Origin: a virus
IMG/VR virus record: IMGVR_UViG_3300036820_000006
Location: 1-64,000 of that record
Strand: one strand, 5' to 3'
Length of the DNA stretch: 64,000 bases
Shown here: positions 55,444 through 64,000 of the stretch, one piece after another
How positions within the stretch are numbered: position 1 is the first letter of the stretch
Layout: each line of letters begins with the position of its first letter
Notes under the pieces: generated by a model
What the model saw: the letters and a program-made list of their open reading frames with translations, nothing else
Databases searched by the model: none
Told to the model about the DNA's origin: nothing
Position numbers and translations under genes: made by a program

Positions 55444-56213
55444 TTACTTCTCCTGCAGGGGCTTGAACAGCCAGCCATAAATCGCCGCGCCGACTGCCGT
55501 GCCCTTCGGGTCCTCAATCGTCTGCTCATTAGCCCGCGAGCGCGCTTTCTGCACAGCGCGAATCAGTTGTTCTGAGCGATCCATCAGCTCGGCCTTCTTA
55601 GCGGGCGTAATCAAGCTCGACCACTCCTGTTCCAGAATTGTGCCCACAGCTACATCTTTGGTGACCAGTGTAAACTTGCGCTGGATGCTTATCAGTAGCA
55701 GGTGCTAACGTCAGCGGCTCCTGTACTTTCTGCGTGCGCGTCTTGGTGACCTCTCTGGCCTTGAACACATGCGCGCCTTTAGCGCTATCATGCGTGAAGC
55801 CCTTAGCCGGGTCCAGAGTAGGAATCGAGCGCACTAAGTCTTGCGCCTCCTTTTAGGCGCTTCTCCAGTTGCAGCAGGAACGTTGCAGGCGCGTCCTTTA
55901 GGACTACAGCATCATCTTCCAGTACCACGTCCGACTTGGCATGCGTGTTTGCCATGTCGATGTTGTAAGCCGCATCCAGCGAGCGGTCTAAAATCTTGCT
56001 GATCCATTCCACCTCGTCGGTTACGGTAGATTGGATATCTGATTGCGCCTCGGTCTTGGGCAGCGCGCCTTCATCGTTCGGCGTGAACGTGACGCGCTTC
56101 TCCTCAAACAGGTGGCGCTTACCAGCGAACGTCGCCTGCAGATCAGTACGCGTCTTCTGCGCCTGACCGCTGAGGTTGTTATTGGTTGCGAGTAGCTCGT
56201 GAAGCTTTGCCAT
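55444..56213 (-). pseudogene. MAKLHELLA-type conserved protein split by two +1 frameshifts
   Basis: Removing one base at 55851-55854 and one at 55672-55674 joins three ORF pieces into one reading frame. Confidence 0.7.
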
Positions 56214-56245
56214 TAGACGATCTCCCTTAGATGTGGACGATGCTC

Positions 56246-56275
56246 AATGTAGCATGTGGTAGTGAACGGTGTCAA
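56246..56275 (-). promoter_or_regulatory. promoter TTGACA-N18-TACATT with TG extension
   Basis: Directly upstream of RBS and ATG 56213. Confidence 0.65.
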
Positions 56276-56282
56276 GTAGCCG

Positions 56283-56639
56283 TTAGATCAGCATAAGAAA
56301 TTCATCATCGCGGTTGTCGTTCAGCGTAACGGTGTCGTCATCCATCAAAGCTAGCGCTGCCAGCGCGCGGTCGAATTTTTCCAAACAGGGCTTATTCGGC
56401 GTATCTGGATAACAAGGCATTTTCAGGCCGCGATAATCCAGTAGCTCCGTAATATCTTCGATTTTGCTAGCCGTCTTAGCTCGTGCGGTAAACTTCTCTG
56501 CAGTCTCTACTACGCGCTTCTGCCACTTCTCGAAACCTAGGAGTGACGCGGCTACCGCTTTGATGTGGTCCTTCTCAGCCTCAGCGCGCTTCTTCTGAAT
56601 CGCCGCGATCAGCCTCACTTTATTCACTTTCACGTTCAT
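56283..56639 (-). CDS. hypothetical helical protein
   Basis: AGGGAG RBS before ATG 56639. Confidence 0.65.
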   Translation of the reverse strand: MNVKVNKVRLIAAIQKKRAEAEKDHIKAVAASLLGFEKWQKRVVETAEKFTARAKTASKIEDITELLDYRGLKMPCYPDTPNKPCLEKFDRALAALALMDDDTVTLNDNRDDEFLMLI

Positions 56640-56756
56640 TGCAATCTCCCTATCCACTAATGAATTTTCTACGGAGTAGAACCAGAAGGGAAGCCTCACC
56701 CCGCGCAACACGCGTCCATTCATGTTGCCTGTGAGGCTTCCCCCAGTTGGCCCAGC

Positions 56757-56809
<53 letters not shown>

Positions 56810-57001
56810 ATTGTTCTGGCTGAGAAGGGGCACCCACTCAGCCAGATTTGGAGGGACGATACGCGGTTAGCCAAGCTGTGGGTAAGGGCGGCTCACAGCT
56901 TTTGCTCGTACTCGCGTTCGTCCCATGACGAGTAGAAGGTGTGTAGGGGGAGAGCACCGAGAACTTAGAAAATAACTAAGCGCTCTCCTCCAAGTTTGGA
57001 A

Positions 57002-57076
57002 CCGTTACGCTACGAAACTATGCGGGACTGTAAGATATGGGACAATGCGCCACGTCGAGTTACGCGGCGGCACGAT
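57002..57076 (-). ncRNA. 5-nt-period CGY-NN array 3 (15 units)
   Basis: 8/15 RCG, rest one mismatch; starts 2 nt after the SSB-like stop and is followed by a hairpin (56947-56991). Confidence 0.7.
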
Positions 57077-57078
57077 AG

Positions 57079-57834
57079 TTACTTCTTCGGAAAATATCCG
57101 ACGACGACAGCCTGCGCCCGCATCGCAACGTCACCGAGCTTGCCCGGCACTGTGATTTCCGGCACGCGCTTACCGTCACGTTCTGGAAACCGGTGCATCC
57201 CTTTCACGCGCTTCGGCAAACGCTCGCCGCGCTCTTTGTAAAGTTCCACAGTGTCCTGATCGGGCTGACCTTCCCATGAAGTTTCGATTTCGAGCGTGGG
57301 CTCGCTGGCCAGCGTCTTCTGGAACAATTCTTTCAACTGACCCGCACTCATATTGCTAGGCACCTTCACGCCGAGGCATTGCAGAATTCTGACCATCGCA
57401 ATTCCGCCATTTCTCGCCGTCCGGCTATCGACGAAGCGATCAAAAACCGGAATATTATCGAACTTCCCACTGGGGTCCTGAATGCGGCACTCCAGCGCCG
57501 TGCTCACATACAGCTTCGGCTTACCATTCGCCAGAAAAACAGGCTTTCCCGGCGCGCCCTTGCTGTAGTCCATGTCCTGCTTCACGGCGAACAGCACTTC
57601 CTTGCCGTCAGCATCCTTGACGTTCAACTGTTTTAGCTTGGCAGTGTAACGGCCATCCGGCACGGGCGGCGGGAACTCGTATGGGTTGGCGCTGGCATCG
57701 AACTCCAGCGATTCTTCCAGCAGCGAGGGATCGTTCAGGTCCACTGACACGATTTGTTGGTCATCGGCGGCGCTGTCAGTGGACACACTACCAGCGGTCT
57801 CGTCGGCGTAGATAGGTTGAGCGAAATCAGTCAT
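57079..57834 (-). CDS. putative single-stranded DNA-binding protein (DUF669-like)
   Basis: PPVPDGRYTAKL motif; next to AAA_24 ATPase. Confidence 0.55.
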   Translation of the reverse strand: MTDFAQPIYADETAGSVSTDSAADDQQIVSVDLNDPSLLEESLEFDASANPYEFPPPVPDGRYTAKLKQLNVKDADGKEVLFAVKQDMDYSKGAPGKPVFLANGKPKLYVSTALECRIQDPSGKFDNIPVFDRFVDSRTARNGGIAMVRILQCLGVKVPSNMSAGQLKELFQKTLASEPTLEIETSWEGQPDQDTVELYKERGERLPKRVKGMHRFPERDGKRVPEITVPGKLGDVAMRAQAVVVGYFPKK

Positions 57835-57900
57835 GCGAAAACTCCTTTTAGTGTCGAGATGCTTAGAGGATTTGAGTTACCAGATGGGTGGTTTTAGGTG

Positions 57901-58185
57901 CTAAACGTGTATCGTGGGGTGCTGCTGCGCGTTGTGCTGCGCGCTGTGCTGAGTCTGCTGCGCGCCCTGCCCATTGTTCCGGGCATCATCGTACAACTGG
58001 CGCAGCTCCCGCGACAGGTACTTCGCGAGCGAACGCTCGTCCGCTGCGGCCTTCTTCGAGAAGAACTCATGCACCTCGCTGGGTAGCGAGATGGTTACAG
58101 TGTTAGTGTCGGCAGCGACGGCAGCAGGCTTCTGCTGACCGGTCTGCGTTTTTGTTGCGTCTGCTACGTCTGCTACGTCTGCCAT
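57901..58185 (-). CDS. ribbon-helix-helix (Arc-like) regulator
   Basis: VTISLPSEVHEFFSKKAAADERSLAKYL. Confidence 0.7.
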   Translation of the reverse strand: MADVADVADATKTQTGQQKPAAVAADTNTVTISLPSEVHEFFSKKAAADERSLAKYLSRELRQLYDDARNNGQGAQQTQHSAQHNAQQHPTIHV

Positions 58186-58205
58186 AATGCTCTCCCTTTT
58201 GCTGC

Positions 58206-59219
58206 TTACTTTGCTGCAGCCACGGCCTGCTGGCCTCGGCCGAACTTCTGGTCAATCGCTGCGCGCCACTTTGCTACTTCATCACCTTGCTCTGCGTTTA
58301 GCGCGTCAATTGTTTGCAAATAAATGTCTAAGCCATGCTCAGTGGTTGGTTCGTAGTAACCGCCAGGAAATTTCTTCATCAGTTCTGCTACTTTCTCCGG
58401 CGCGACGCGAGGTTTAGCTGGGAACATAATCCCAGTAGAGGGATCGGGATGCTTGACGAAGTAAGTGCGCACCTTGGTATCCACCATGGTGGAGTCCACG
58501 AGCTTCTTTGCATCCTTGGGATCGGGAACCTGCACCACAGTTTCGACTGGGTAGCCTTCGCTGTGCAGGCAATCGCCTACCCAGCTGGGCACCAACGCGG
58601 TCGCTTTCTTGCCCGCGATCTGCGGGCCATAGATAGTAGAGCGGTCATCCTCTTCAGTGCGCGATTCGAGCGCAGTGAACAATACATACTCACAGGGCAG
58701 AGAGCTGAAGTTAGTTACGAGTGAGTAGAGAGTGTTCTGCACGAAGCCGTAGTGAGCTTTGGAGTTCCCAGCAAAAGTTTCGTTCACCACCTGCCCATCT
58801 ACAATCACGCGCTGTGTAAACGGCGACGTAGCTTCCTCTCCGGTTTTGATCTGCTTGTCGGCAAGATGCCGCATCAATGCTTGGCTAATGCTGGTCAAGC
58901 CTTCCACAATCATGCCGCCCCACTGTGACCAGTCCACCCTGCGCAGGTTCACTTTAGTTGCTTCACTCGCGCTCACATCCTCCGGCCAGTAGCCTTGACT
59001 CACGCGCCGCAGCACCGGCAGCGGAATCTCCATGTTGCCTCGATACGCTTGTACAACTCCCGCTCTGATCTCTGGGTCCAGCGGTGCCCACCCGCCGCCG
59101 TCCATTGAAAACAACAAAGTTCCTTTTCCGGTTTTCTGATAGATGTAGCGGGCGAAATGTTTGGCTGCAGTGGTTTTGAAAACCCCCGAAGCCCCGTAGT
59201 TTATGCCGGTGCGCGCCAT
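58206..59219 (-). CDS. AAA_24 / Sak4-like ATPase
   Basis: YGASGVFKTT, IVEGLTS, YGPQIAGKKAT. Confidence 0.75.
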   Translation of the reverse strand: MARTGINYGASGVFKTTAAKHFARYIYQKTGKGTLLFSMDGGGWAPLDPEIRAGVVQAYRGNMEIPLPVLRRVSQGYWPEDVSASEATKVNLRRVDWSQWGGMIVEGLTSISQALMRHLADKQIKTGEEATSPFTQRVIVDGQVVNETFAGNSKAHYGFVQNTLYSLVTNFSSLPCEYVLFTALESRTEEDDRSTIYGPQIAGKKATALVPSWVGDCLHSEGYPVETVVQVPDPKDAKKLVDSTMVDTKVRTYFVKHPDPSTGIMFPAKPRVAPEKVAELMKKFPGGYYEPTTEHGLDIYLQTIDALNAEQGDEVAKWRAAIDQKFGRGQQAVAAAK

Positions 59220-59221
59220 CT

Positions 59222-59482
59222 CTAAGCTGCCTTCCGCTTTTTTGTTCGTTGGGCTATCGCGCGGGATTTCTGACGCGCCTCAAACTCAGCTTTGTGCTCA
59301 GCAATGTAAGCTTCGGCAGCATGCTCTAACCAGTCACGCATTACCCAGCCTCGATGACGCGCTTCCTTCTCGCCACGAAACGAAATGATGTCGCGTGTAC
59401 TTTTTCTAAGCTTCACGTGCTCAGCGGTAAGTGGATCGTTCTGGGCCTGTTCGGGGTCAATATATCCGAAACTTTTGGGCAT
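59222..59482 (-). CDS. small RHH-like protein
   Basis: AAGGAG RBS; MRDWLEHAAEAYI helix. Confidence 0.55.
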   Translation of the reverse strand: MPKSFGYIDPEQAQNDPLTAEHVKLRKSTRDIISFRGEKEARHRGWVMRDWLEHAAEAYIAEHKAEFEARQKSRAIAQRTKKRKAA

Positions 59483-59803
59483 GGTGTTAGTCTCCTTTGT
59501 TGCGAGGCGCGGGCGGCGTTTGACGGCGTTGGCCGCAGCTTATATTTGCCAGCCTATTGCGGTTATTGCCCCTTGGTGCGAGTGCGAGTGCGAGTTAGGG
59601 TGAGATTTTGCTTCAAATGCTGATCTACGCAAGCTACTACCTGCGCTACAGTGCGCAGCGATGCGACGCGTTCGAAGCTGGTTCGCGGTTGGTTCGTAGC
59701 TAGTGTGGAAGCTATCATGGCGGATGCTGTCTTGGATGTAAGAGATGTTGTACCACTTTGCTGCACGGTCGTCAACGATAAAATGGAGCAGCCGGGACGC
59801 GGG

Positions 59804-60112
59804 TTAGTTGGGGATTTCCACAATGCGCTCACCTTCACCCTTCTTGGCCTGCAGAATGCCACTTTGCGCTGGGCTTAGCGCTTGATTCATGGCATCCTTG
59901 GCCTCCGCGAAGCCATAAGCGCAACCGGAGGCGAAGGCACGCGCGATCTCGTAGCGCGCTATCGCAGGAGTCAGCTCGCGGCCATTGAGCTGCGCCTCGC
60001 GCACATCGCAGTAAGGCCGCATTCCGTTTTTGCCTTCTTCTAGCGCTTGCTGGTAATCGTCAGTGGCATAGCTATCGATGTTTGTGAGCTGGTCTTTTTG
60101 GCTATCGGTCAT
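59804..60112 (-). CDS. hypothetical protein
   Basis: GGGGAGG RBS before ATG 60112. Confidence 0.6.
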   Translation of the reverse strand: MTDSQKDQLTNIDSYATDDYQQALEEGKNGMRPYCDVREAQLNGRELTPAIARYEIARAFASGCAYGFAEAKDAMNQALSPAQSGILQAKKGEGERIVEIPN

Positions 60113-61919
60113 GTGCAGCCTCCCCGGTTTCGACTGGATGGTTAGGAATTCTGATCTGGAACAGTTCCGAGCGTTCAGGATGCTCCCGCAAATCAGTTCC
60201 ACTACCACTATAACACACGAGAAAATACGAACATCTACCTGGATAAGAGCAGGCCGAGCGGGTCTGCGCGAACCGTTTGTTCAATTCAGAGCGGAACTGC
60301 GCGGGGTTGTTTTGTACTGCTTGCACAGCAGCCACGTCCGCAGCGATCTGGACTTCAATCGCTTCCAGCTGTTCGAGCATATCGCGCATGTCATCCGAAT
60401 TGCGCATGACAGCAATAGGCGGGATAAACTGCGCTGCCAACGGGTCGAGCGCATAACCGGCTGCGTCGTAAGCGTCGGGCTGGATATCACCTTTATCCAG
60501 CAAGTCGACCCACTCGGCGATGGGCATGTAGCGCCATACTGGAGCTTTCTTCCACGCCTGCCAGCTGAGACGATGCTCTTTGCCCGTGAGGTCGCAGGTG
60601 ACATAGCTATGCGCCCACTTGCGGTCCTCAGCCGTGATGCCGTCCATTTTGTAAGCGCGCACTAGCGGCGAGGAGTTGACGTAGCGCCCTGGTTGAACGA
60701 GGTCGTTCTTATCTTGCTCGCGGCGGCCTTTGATGAGGTATTCATAGCGCACGCCGAGGATGCGGGGAGGTTCGGGGAGGCTGGTGAGGAACTCCTGTGT
60801 AGATTCCGTCACCAACTCTCGTACTTCGGCTAATGTATCTTTGCGTTCATCTTGGATGAGCCTCCAAGCTTCAGCCATGCGCCGCTCCACATCCACCGCT
60901 TCACTCAGCCCCTGCATATCCACCTCCGCGTCCATCGCGCGGCGGCGATCCCACTGGCCGGTAGTTTTATAGCTGAGCAGATATAGATCATTGGTAGCGC
61001 GCTCCAACAGCAGGCCGTCATGGCGAGAAGCGAACCATAGCTCGGCCGGTTCTCCTGTGAAGCTCTCAGGCAGCTCGGCTAACCGCCAACTCCCCTCGCG
61101 CTCTACCTCCAATACCTCGAACTGTTCGAGCAGCGGGCGCAGCCTCCGGCGCGCATACGCACGCACCATCGCTTCAACCAGCGCGGCTAGCTCCAGCTTC
61201 AGGTAGTCATCAATGCCGCTTTCATTCTGCTGCACCTTGATTTGGATTTCGTTCAGGCGCTCGTCATCTTCTGCCGCCACACGCTTAGATGACTCAGGAT
61301 AGACAGGATAGATGGGTGCGCCGAAGTCCAGAGAAGCTGCAATAGGTATGGGCCAAGACATGCTAGTATCCCGATGCCCCATCGGCGGCTCAGGCGGCAA
61401 CCCCGCGTCCACCTCGTCGAACGAAACTATAATCGCCGACTCTTCTATCCTCGGCGCGGTCGGTCGAGCAGCGCTATCGCCGCCAGTGCCCACATTACCA
61501 GCGATACCGCCCACACTATTGGCATCCAGCGCTCCCTGTTCCAACGTGTCCAACTCTACGCCGTGCTCGGTAGCGGCAGCAAGATCGGCGAGAGCTGCGG
61601 CGACGGCGGCGTCTTCTATTAGACGCGCATCAGTCAACTGATATGATCCGCATTCGACCTCAAACAACGTTGCTAGCTTCTGTTCTAACGACAGGGGGAT
61701 TCCATCGGAGCCGAAATTTAGCGTGCTAATTCTGTTCTGTCCTTCGCGTAGCAATACTTCCAACCCTGTGTGAACCGCGCCACCAATCACCAAATGGATC
61801 GACTTGCGCACCGGCACAATCCCGCGTTTGGATTCGCCTGCGTGATATTCCAAATACCTCGCGCGACGGCAACGCAGATAAGCCTGATAGCGCGAACGGT
61901 CCACATAAATGCGCTTCAA
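60102..61919 (-). CDS. PD-(D/E)XK (Cas4/RecB-like) exonuclease with insertions
   Basis: RCRRARYLEY, GGAVHTGLE, SRHDGLL..LSYKTT, C-terminal CSYPGRCSYFLVC. Confidence 0.75.
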   Translation of the reverse strand: MKRIYVDRSRYQAYLRCRRARYLEYHAGESKRGIVPVRKSIHLVIGGAVHTGLEVLLREGQNRISTLNFGSDGIPLSLEQKLATLFEVECGSYQLTDARLIEDAAVAAALADLAAATEHGVELDTLEQGALDANSVGGIAGNVGTGGDSAARPTAPRIEESAIIVSFDEVDAGLPPEPPMGHRDTSMSWPIPIAASLDFGAPIYPVYPESSKRVAAEDDERLNEIQIKVQQNESGIDDYLKLELAALVEAMVRAYARRRLRPLLEQFEVLEVEREGSWRLAELPESFTGEPAELWFASRHDGLLLERATNDLYLLSYKTTGQWDRRRAMDAEVDMQGLSEAVDVERRMAEAWRLIQDERKDTLAEVRELVTESTQEFLTSLPEPPRILGVRYEYLIKGRREQDKNDLVQPGRYVNSSPLVRAYKMDGITAEDRKWAHSYVTCDLTGKEHRLSWQAWKKAPVWRYMPIAEWVDLLDKGDIQPDAYDAAGYALDPLAAQFIPPIAVMRNSDDMRDMLEQLEAIEVQIAADVAAVQAVQNNPAQFRSELNKRFAQTRSACSYPGRCSYFLVCYSGSGTDLREHPERSELFQIRIPNHPVETGEAAHDR

Positions 61920-62647
61920 TCGTCACCTCTTGGCGCATCATCATCATCTTCCGGTGTATCGCTCTCAGGCACCCGTTTCGTAAGCGTGTCCTCTTTGGTG
62001 AGATTGTCCAAGCCGCTGAAGATATCGCTTAGCTTCAGCCCGACAAGCACCGGGTCGGTTGCCTCAGCAGCGGGCTCAACGGCAGGCTCTACTGCGACGC
62101 GCGTTTCTGGGATTCGCTTACCCTCTAACCGATCCTGCATAACCGCTTCTGTGCGCGCATATTGCTCAGCAGTGTTCGCCATTACGCAGCGTGGGCAATA
62201 TGAGTGGTAATATTCGTGATCTTTGCAATGCGCTGCTTGTGCTAAACCCGCGCCCAGCCCTGCCGCGCCCAGCCCTGCGTTATCCAAAAGGGAAGAAGCA
62301 AACCCAGCCCCCAGCGCATTCCCCGGCTCCTGTCCCGACAGCGTTTCCCCAGCTGGAGCAGAAGACTGAGGCTCTCTCACTCCCCCGCCTTTCCCGCCTA
62401 ACTCCAGACCTGCACTGTCGCGACGCTCATGCGCACCCATGTTCGCTTCTCCCCCAGCGCTATACGCTAACAGACCCTTCCTGTGCCAGTCAACACCTTT
62501 TTCCACAGCGCGATACCGTGTTAGTTTGAGCTTGACTTTCCACCACGGTACTTCAGGATGGCGTTCTCGTTTGCTGCCGCTACCGTTCGTTGCCAATGGG
62601 AAGGAGCACAGCATACACCTCACACCACCCTGCTGCATAGACCTCAC
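61916..62647 (-). CDS. hypothetical protein, start uncertain
   Basis: 3' part with CKDH..CPRC overlaps next gene start; 5' part low quality. Confidence 0.4.
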   Translation of the reverse strand: MRSMQQGGVRCMLCSFPLATNGSGSKRERHPEVPWWKVKLKLTRYRAVEKGVDWHRKGLLAYSAGGEANMGAHERRDSAGLELGGKGGGVREPQSSAPAGETLSGQEPGNALGAGFASSLLDNAGLGAAGLGAGLAQAAHCKDHEYYHSYCPRCVMANTAEQYARTEAVMQDRLEGKRIPETRVAVEPAVEPAAEATDPVLVGLKLSDIFSGLDNLTKEDTLTKRVPESDTPEDDDDAPRGDD

Positions 62648-62826
62648 TGGGAACCCTGTCGAGAACTCCGCTGGCCCCCCCCCCCCCTAGTTATGTTTTT
62701 AGCTCGCTCTAACCCCACATTTTATGACTGGAAAAATGTAGCTTTTCCCGCCCGCCCTGACTACACTTCACCTCACCTTCGTGGCTCACGAAAAGGCCGT
62801 ACCAGATACGCCAAGGACGCCTAAGA

Positions 62827-63975
62827 ATGTTTAACAACGATGATGACCTTGTGGACCCTCTGCTCGTAGCAGAGGATGACGAACCTGGTACAGACCCCAT
62901 CGCCCAACCTACCTCAGAAGATTTAGACGAAATTGGCGTAGACGTGCTGCCTCGGCCGGAGCGCGATCCGCTATGGCTGCGCGACGCTAGCTTCCAGATG
63001 CCTCCGAATCCGCCAGTGCCGGGCTTGTTTACCCGCTGCAGTATCAACTTGCTGATCGGCCCGACTTTCGTAGGCAAAACAGTGCTAGCGCTCACCCAAC
63101 TGGATCACTACACCGCTACAGGTCAGTTTCTTGGCTACCAGTTGCCCCAGGGCGCATCGCCGGATGCTTGTGCAGCCATCGTGGCCACTCAGGGTCTCAG
63201 TTCGTTCCATGGGCTGCTGCGCAGTTTGCGGCTGCCCGCAATCACCAGCCCCGTCAAGTTCCCAATAGAAGAGTGGGAGATGCGCACCAGCGAGACCATG
63301 ACGGAGGGGTTGGTGCGCCTATGGAAGAAGATGTCCCGGCTGGCTCAGCAACCGATTAGATTGCTCTATGTTGAGGGGTTCCAGAACCTGCTCGAAAACG
63401 GCAAGCTCAACGACCCGCGCTCAGTGCAGGAATTTTATACCAAGCTTCGTCAGTTCTGCGCAGAGTATCGCGTCACCATTTTGGGCAGTGTGCCTCAGGG
63501 CAAGATGCGGAAGGGTGAGAGCTATGCACTAGTCGGTGAACGCGTTTACGGGTCGGTGGCGTGGGCTAACGAGGCTGATACGGTGATCGGCATGGAGCAG
63601 CTTATGGTGCATCTGCCGGTCGAGCTGCGGCCGAGCTTTCGCAAGATCACTATTCAGGTGCGTGGAGTCGGCACTGAGATTCGCTGGGTGGACTTCAACG
63701 ACCGGGGCAGGCTGGAGGTGATCGACCGAGCTAAAGAGCTAGCGACTGAAAATCCAACGTTCGCAATGCTGGACCGGATTCTGGGGCAGGCGCTCCCCGG
63801 CTCGGAATGGTCGCGCGAGGAATTGTTCGAATGGGCAGAACGCACTGACGTGGACGTGTCCATGCGCTCCATGGAGCGCTGGATTGCCTCGCGCTGCGAC
63901 ACTTCATTGAGTCTGCTGGTGAAGGTTGGTACGGGGCCGCGCAATCGGCGTTATAAGAAACCCTTTACGAACTAG
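62827..63975 (+). CDS. AAA_25 / RepA-like replicative helicase
   Basis: LLIGPTFVGKT, YVEGFQ, YGSVAWANEAD; C-terminal wHTH-like segment. Confidence 0.75.
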   Translation: MFNNDDDLVDPLLVAEDDEPGTDPIAQPTSEDLDEIGVDVLPRPERDPLWLRDASFQMPPNPPVPGLFTRCSINLLIGPTFVGKTVLALTQLDHYTATGQFLGYQLPQGASPDACAAIVATQGLSSFHGLLRSLRLPAITSPVKFPIEEWEMRTSETMTEGLVRLWKKMSRLAQQPIRLLYVEGFQNLLENGKLNDPRSVQEFYTKLRQFCAEYRVTILGSVPQGKMRKGESYALVGERVYGSVAWANEADTVIGMEQLMVHLPVELRPSFRKITIQVRGVGTEIRWVDFNDRGRLEVIDRAKELATENPTFAMLDRILGQALPGSEWSREELFEWAERTDVDVSMRSMERWIASRCDTSLSLLVKVGTGPRNRRYKKPFTN

Positions 63976-64000
63976 CTCGGAAAGGCTTAGGGTGTCACTT

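Noticed and set aside
60102-61919. Cas4 as part of an adaptation module for the arrays
   Set aside because: Context with AAA_24 ATPase and SSB-like gene fits an ordinary phage recombination module
62247-62285. Possible fourth array (GCC-NN period 5)
   Set aside because: Explained by a 15-nt tandem duplication encoding AGLGA inside an ORF; only about 7 units and the NN repeat
62675-62687. C13 homopolymer as a phase-variation switch or origin
   Set aside because: No supporting context; homopolymer length is unreliable without reads

Overview
The window is most of a tailed dsDNA phage or prophage genome with podovirus-like gene order. No terminase or portal gene is recognisable, so these probably lie outside the window. 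The + strand (1-43.6 kb) carries small basic proteins, scaffold, major capsid, three adaptor-like paralogues, a 1393-aa nozzle-like protein followed by an HNH gene, a GNAT-like protein and three ejection proteins. These are followed by five Cys-rich fibre/glycan-enzyme genes that carry signal peptides, and a lysis region (SleB-type hydrolase, holin candidates, a Tat lipoprotein, a papain-family protease). The - strand (43.5-62.6 kb) carries accessory genes (including a Tad2/DUF2829-like gene), a UDG-fused family A DNA polymerase with an intein and unusual catalytic motifs, a PIF1 helicase, a tRNA/ncRNA cluster, an SSB-like protein, an AAA_24 ATPase and a PD-(D/E)XK nuclease. An AAA_25 helicase follows on +. 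The main finding is three non-coding arrays with strict 5-nt periodicity (CGY-NN on the transcribed strand). Two sit in an operon with a wHTH gene and a truncated RAMP/Cas7-like gene behind a consensus promoter. Reading the variable NN pairs as codon positions 1-2 spells QRFTIAHELGHYLL, the ImmA/IrrE HEXXH protease motif. A second array is compatible with a Panacea-antitoxin-like N-terminus. This suggests a wobble-skipping RNA-guided system aimed at host or prophage regulatory/defence genes. All family assignments come from motif recognition by eye; no searches were run. An Acidobacteriota host is a weak inference.
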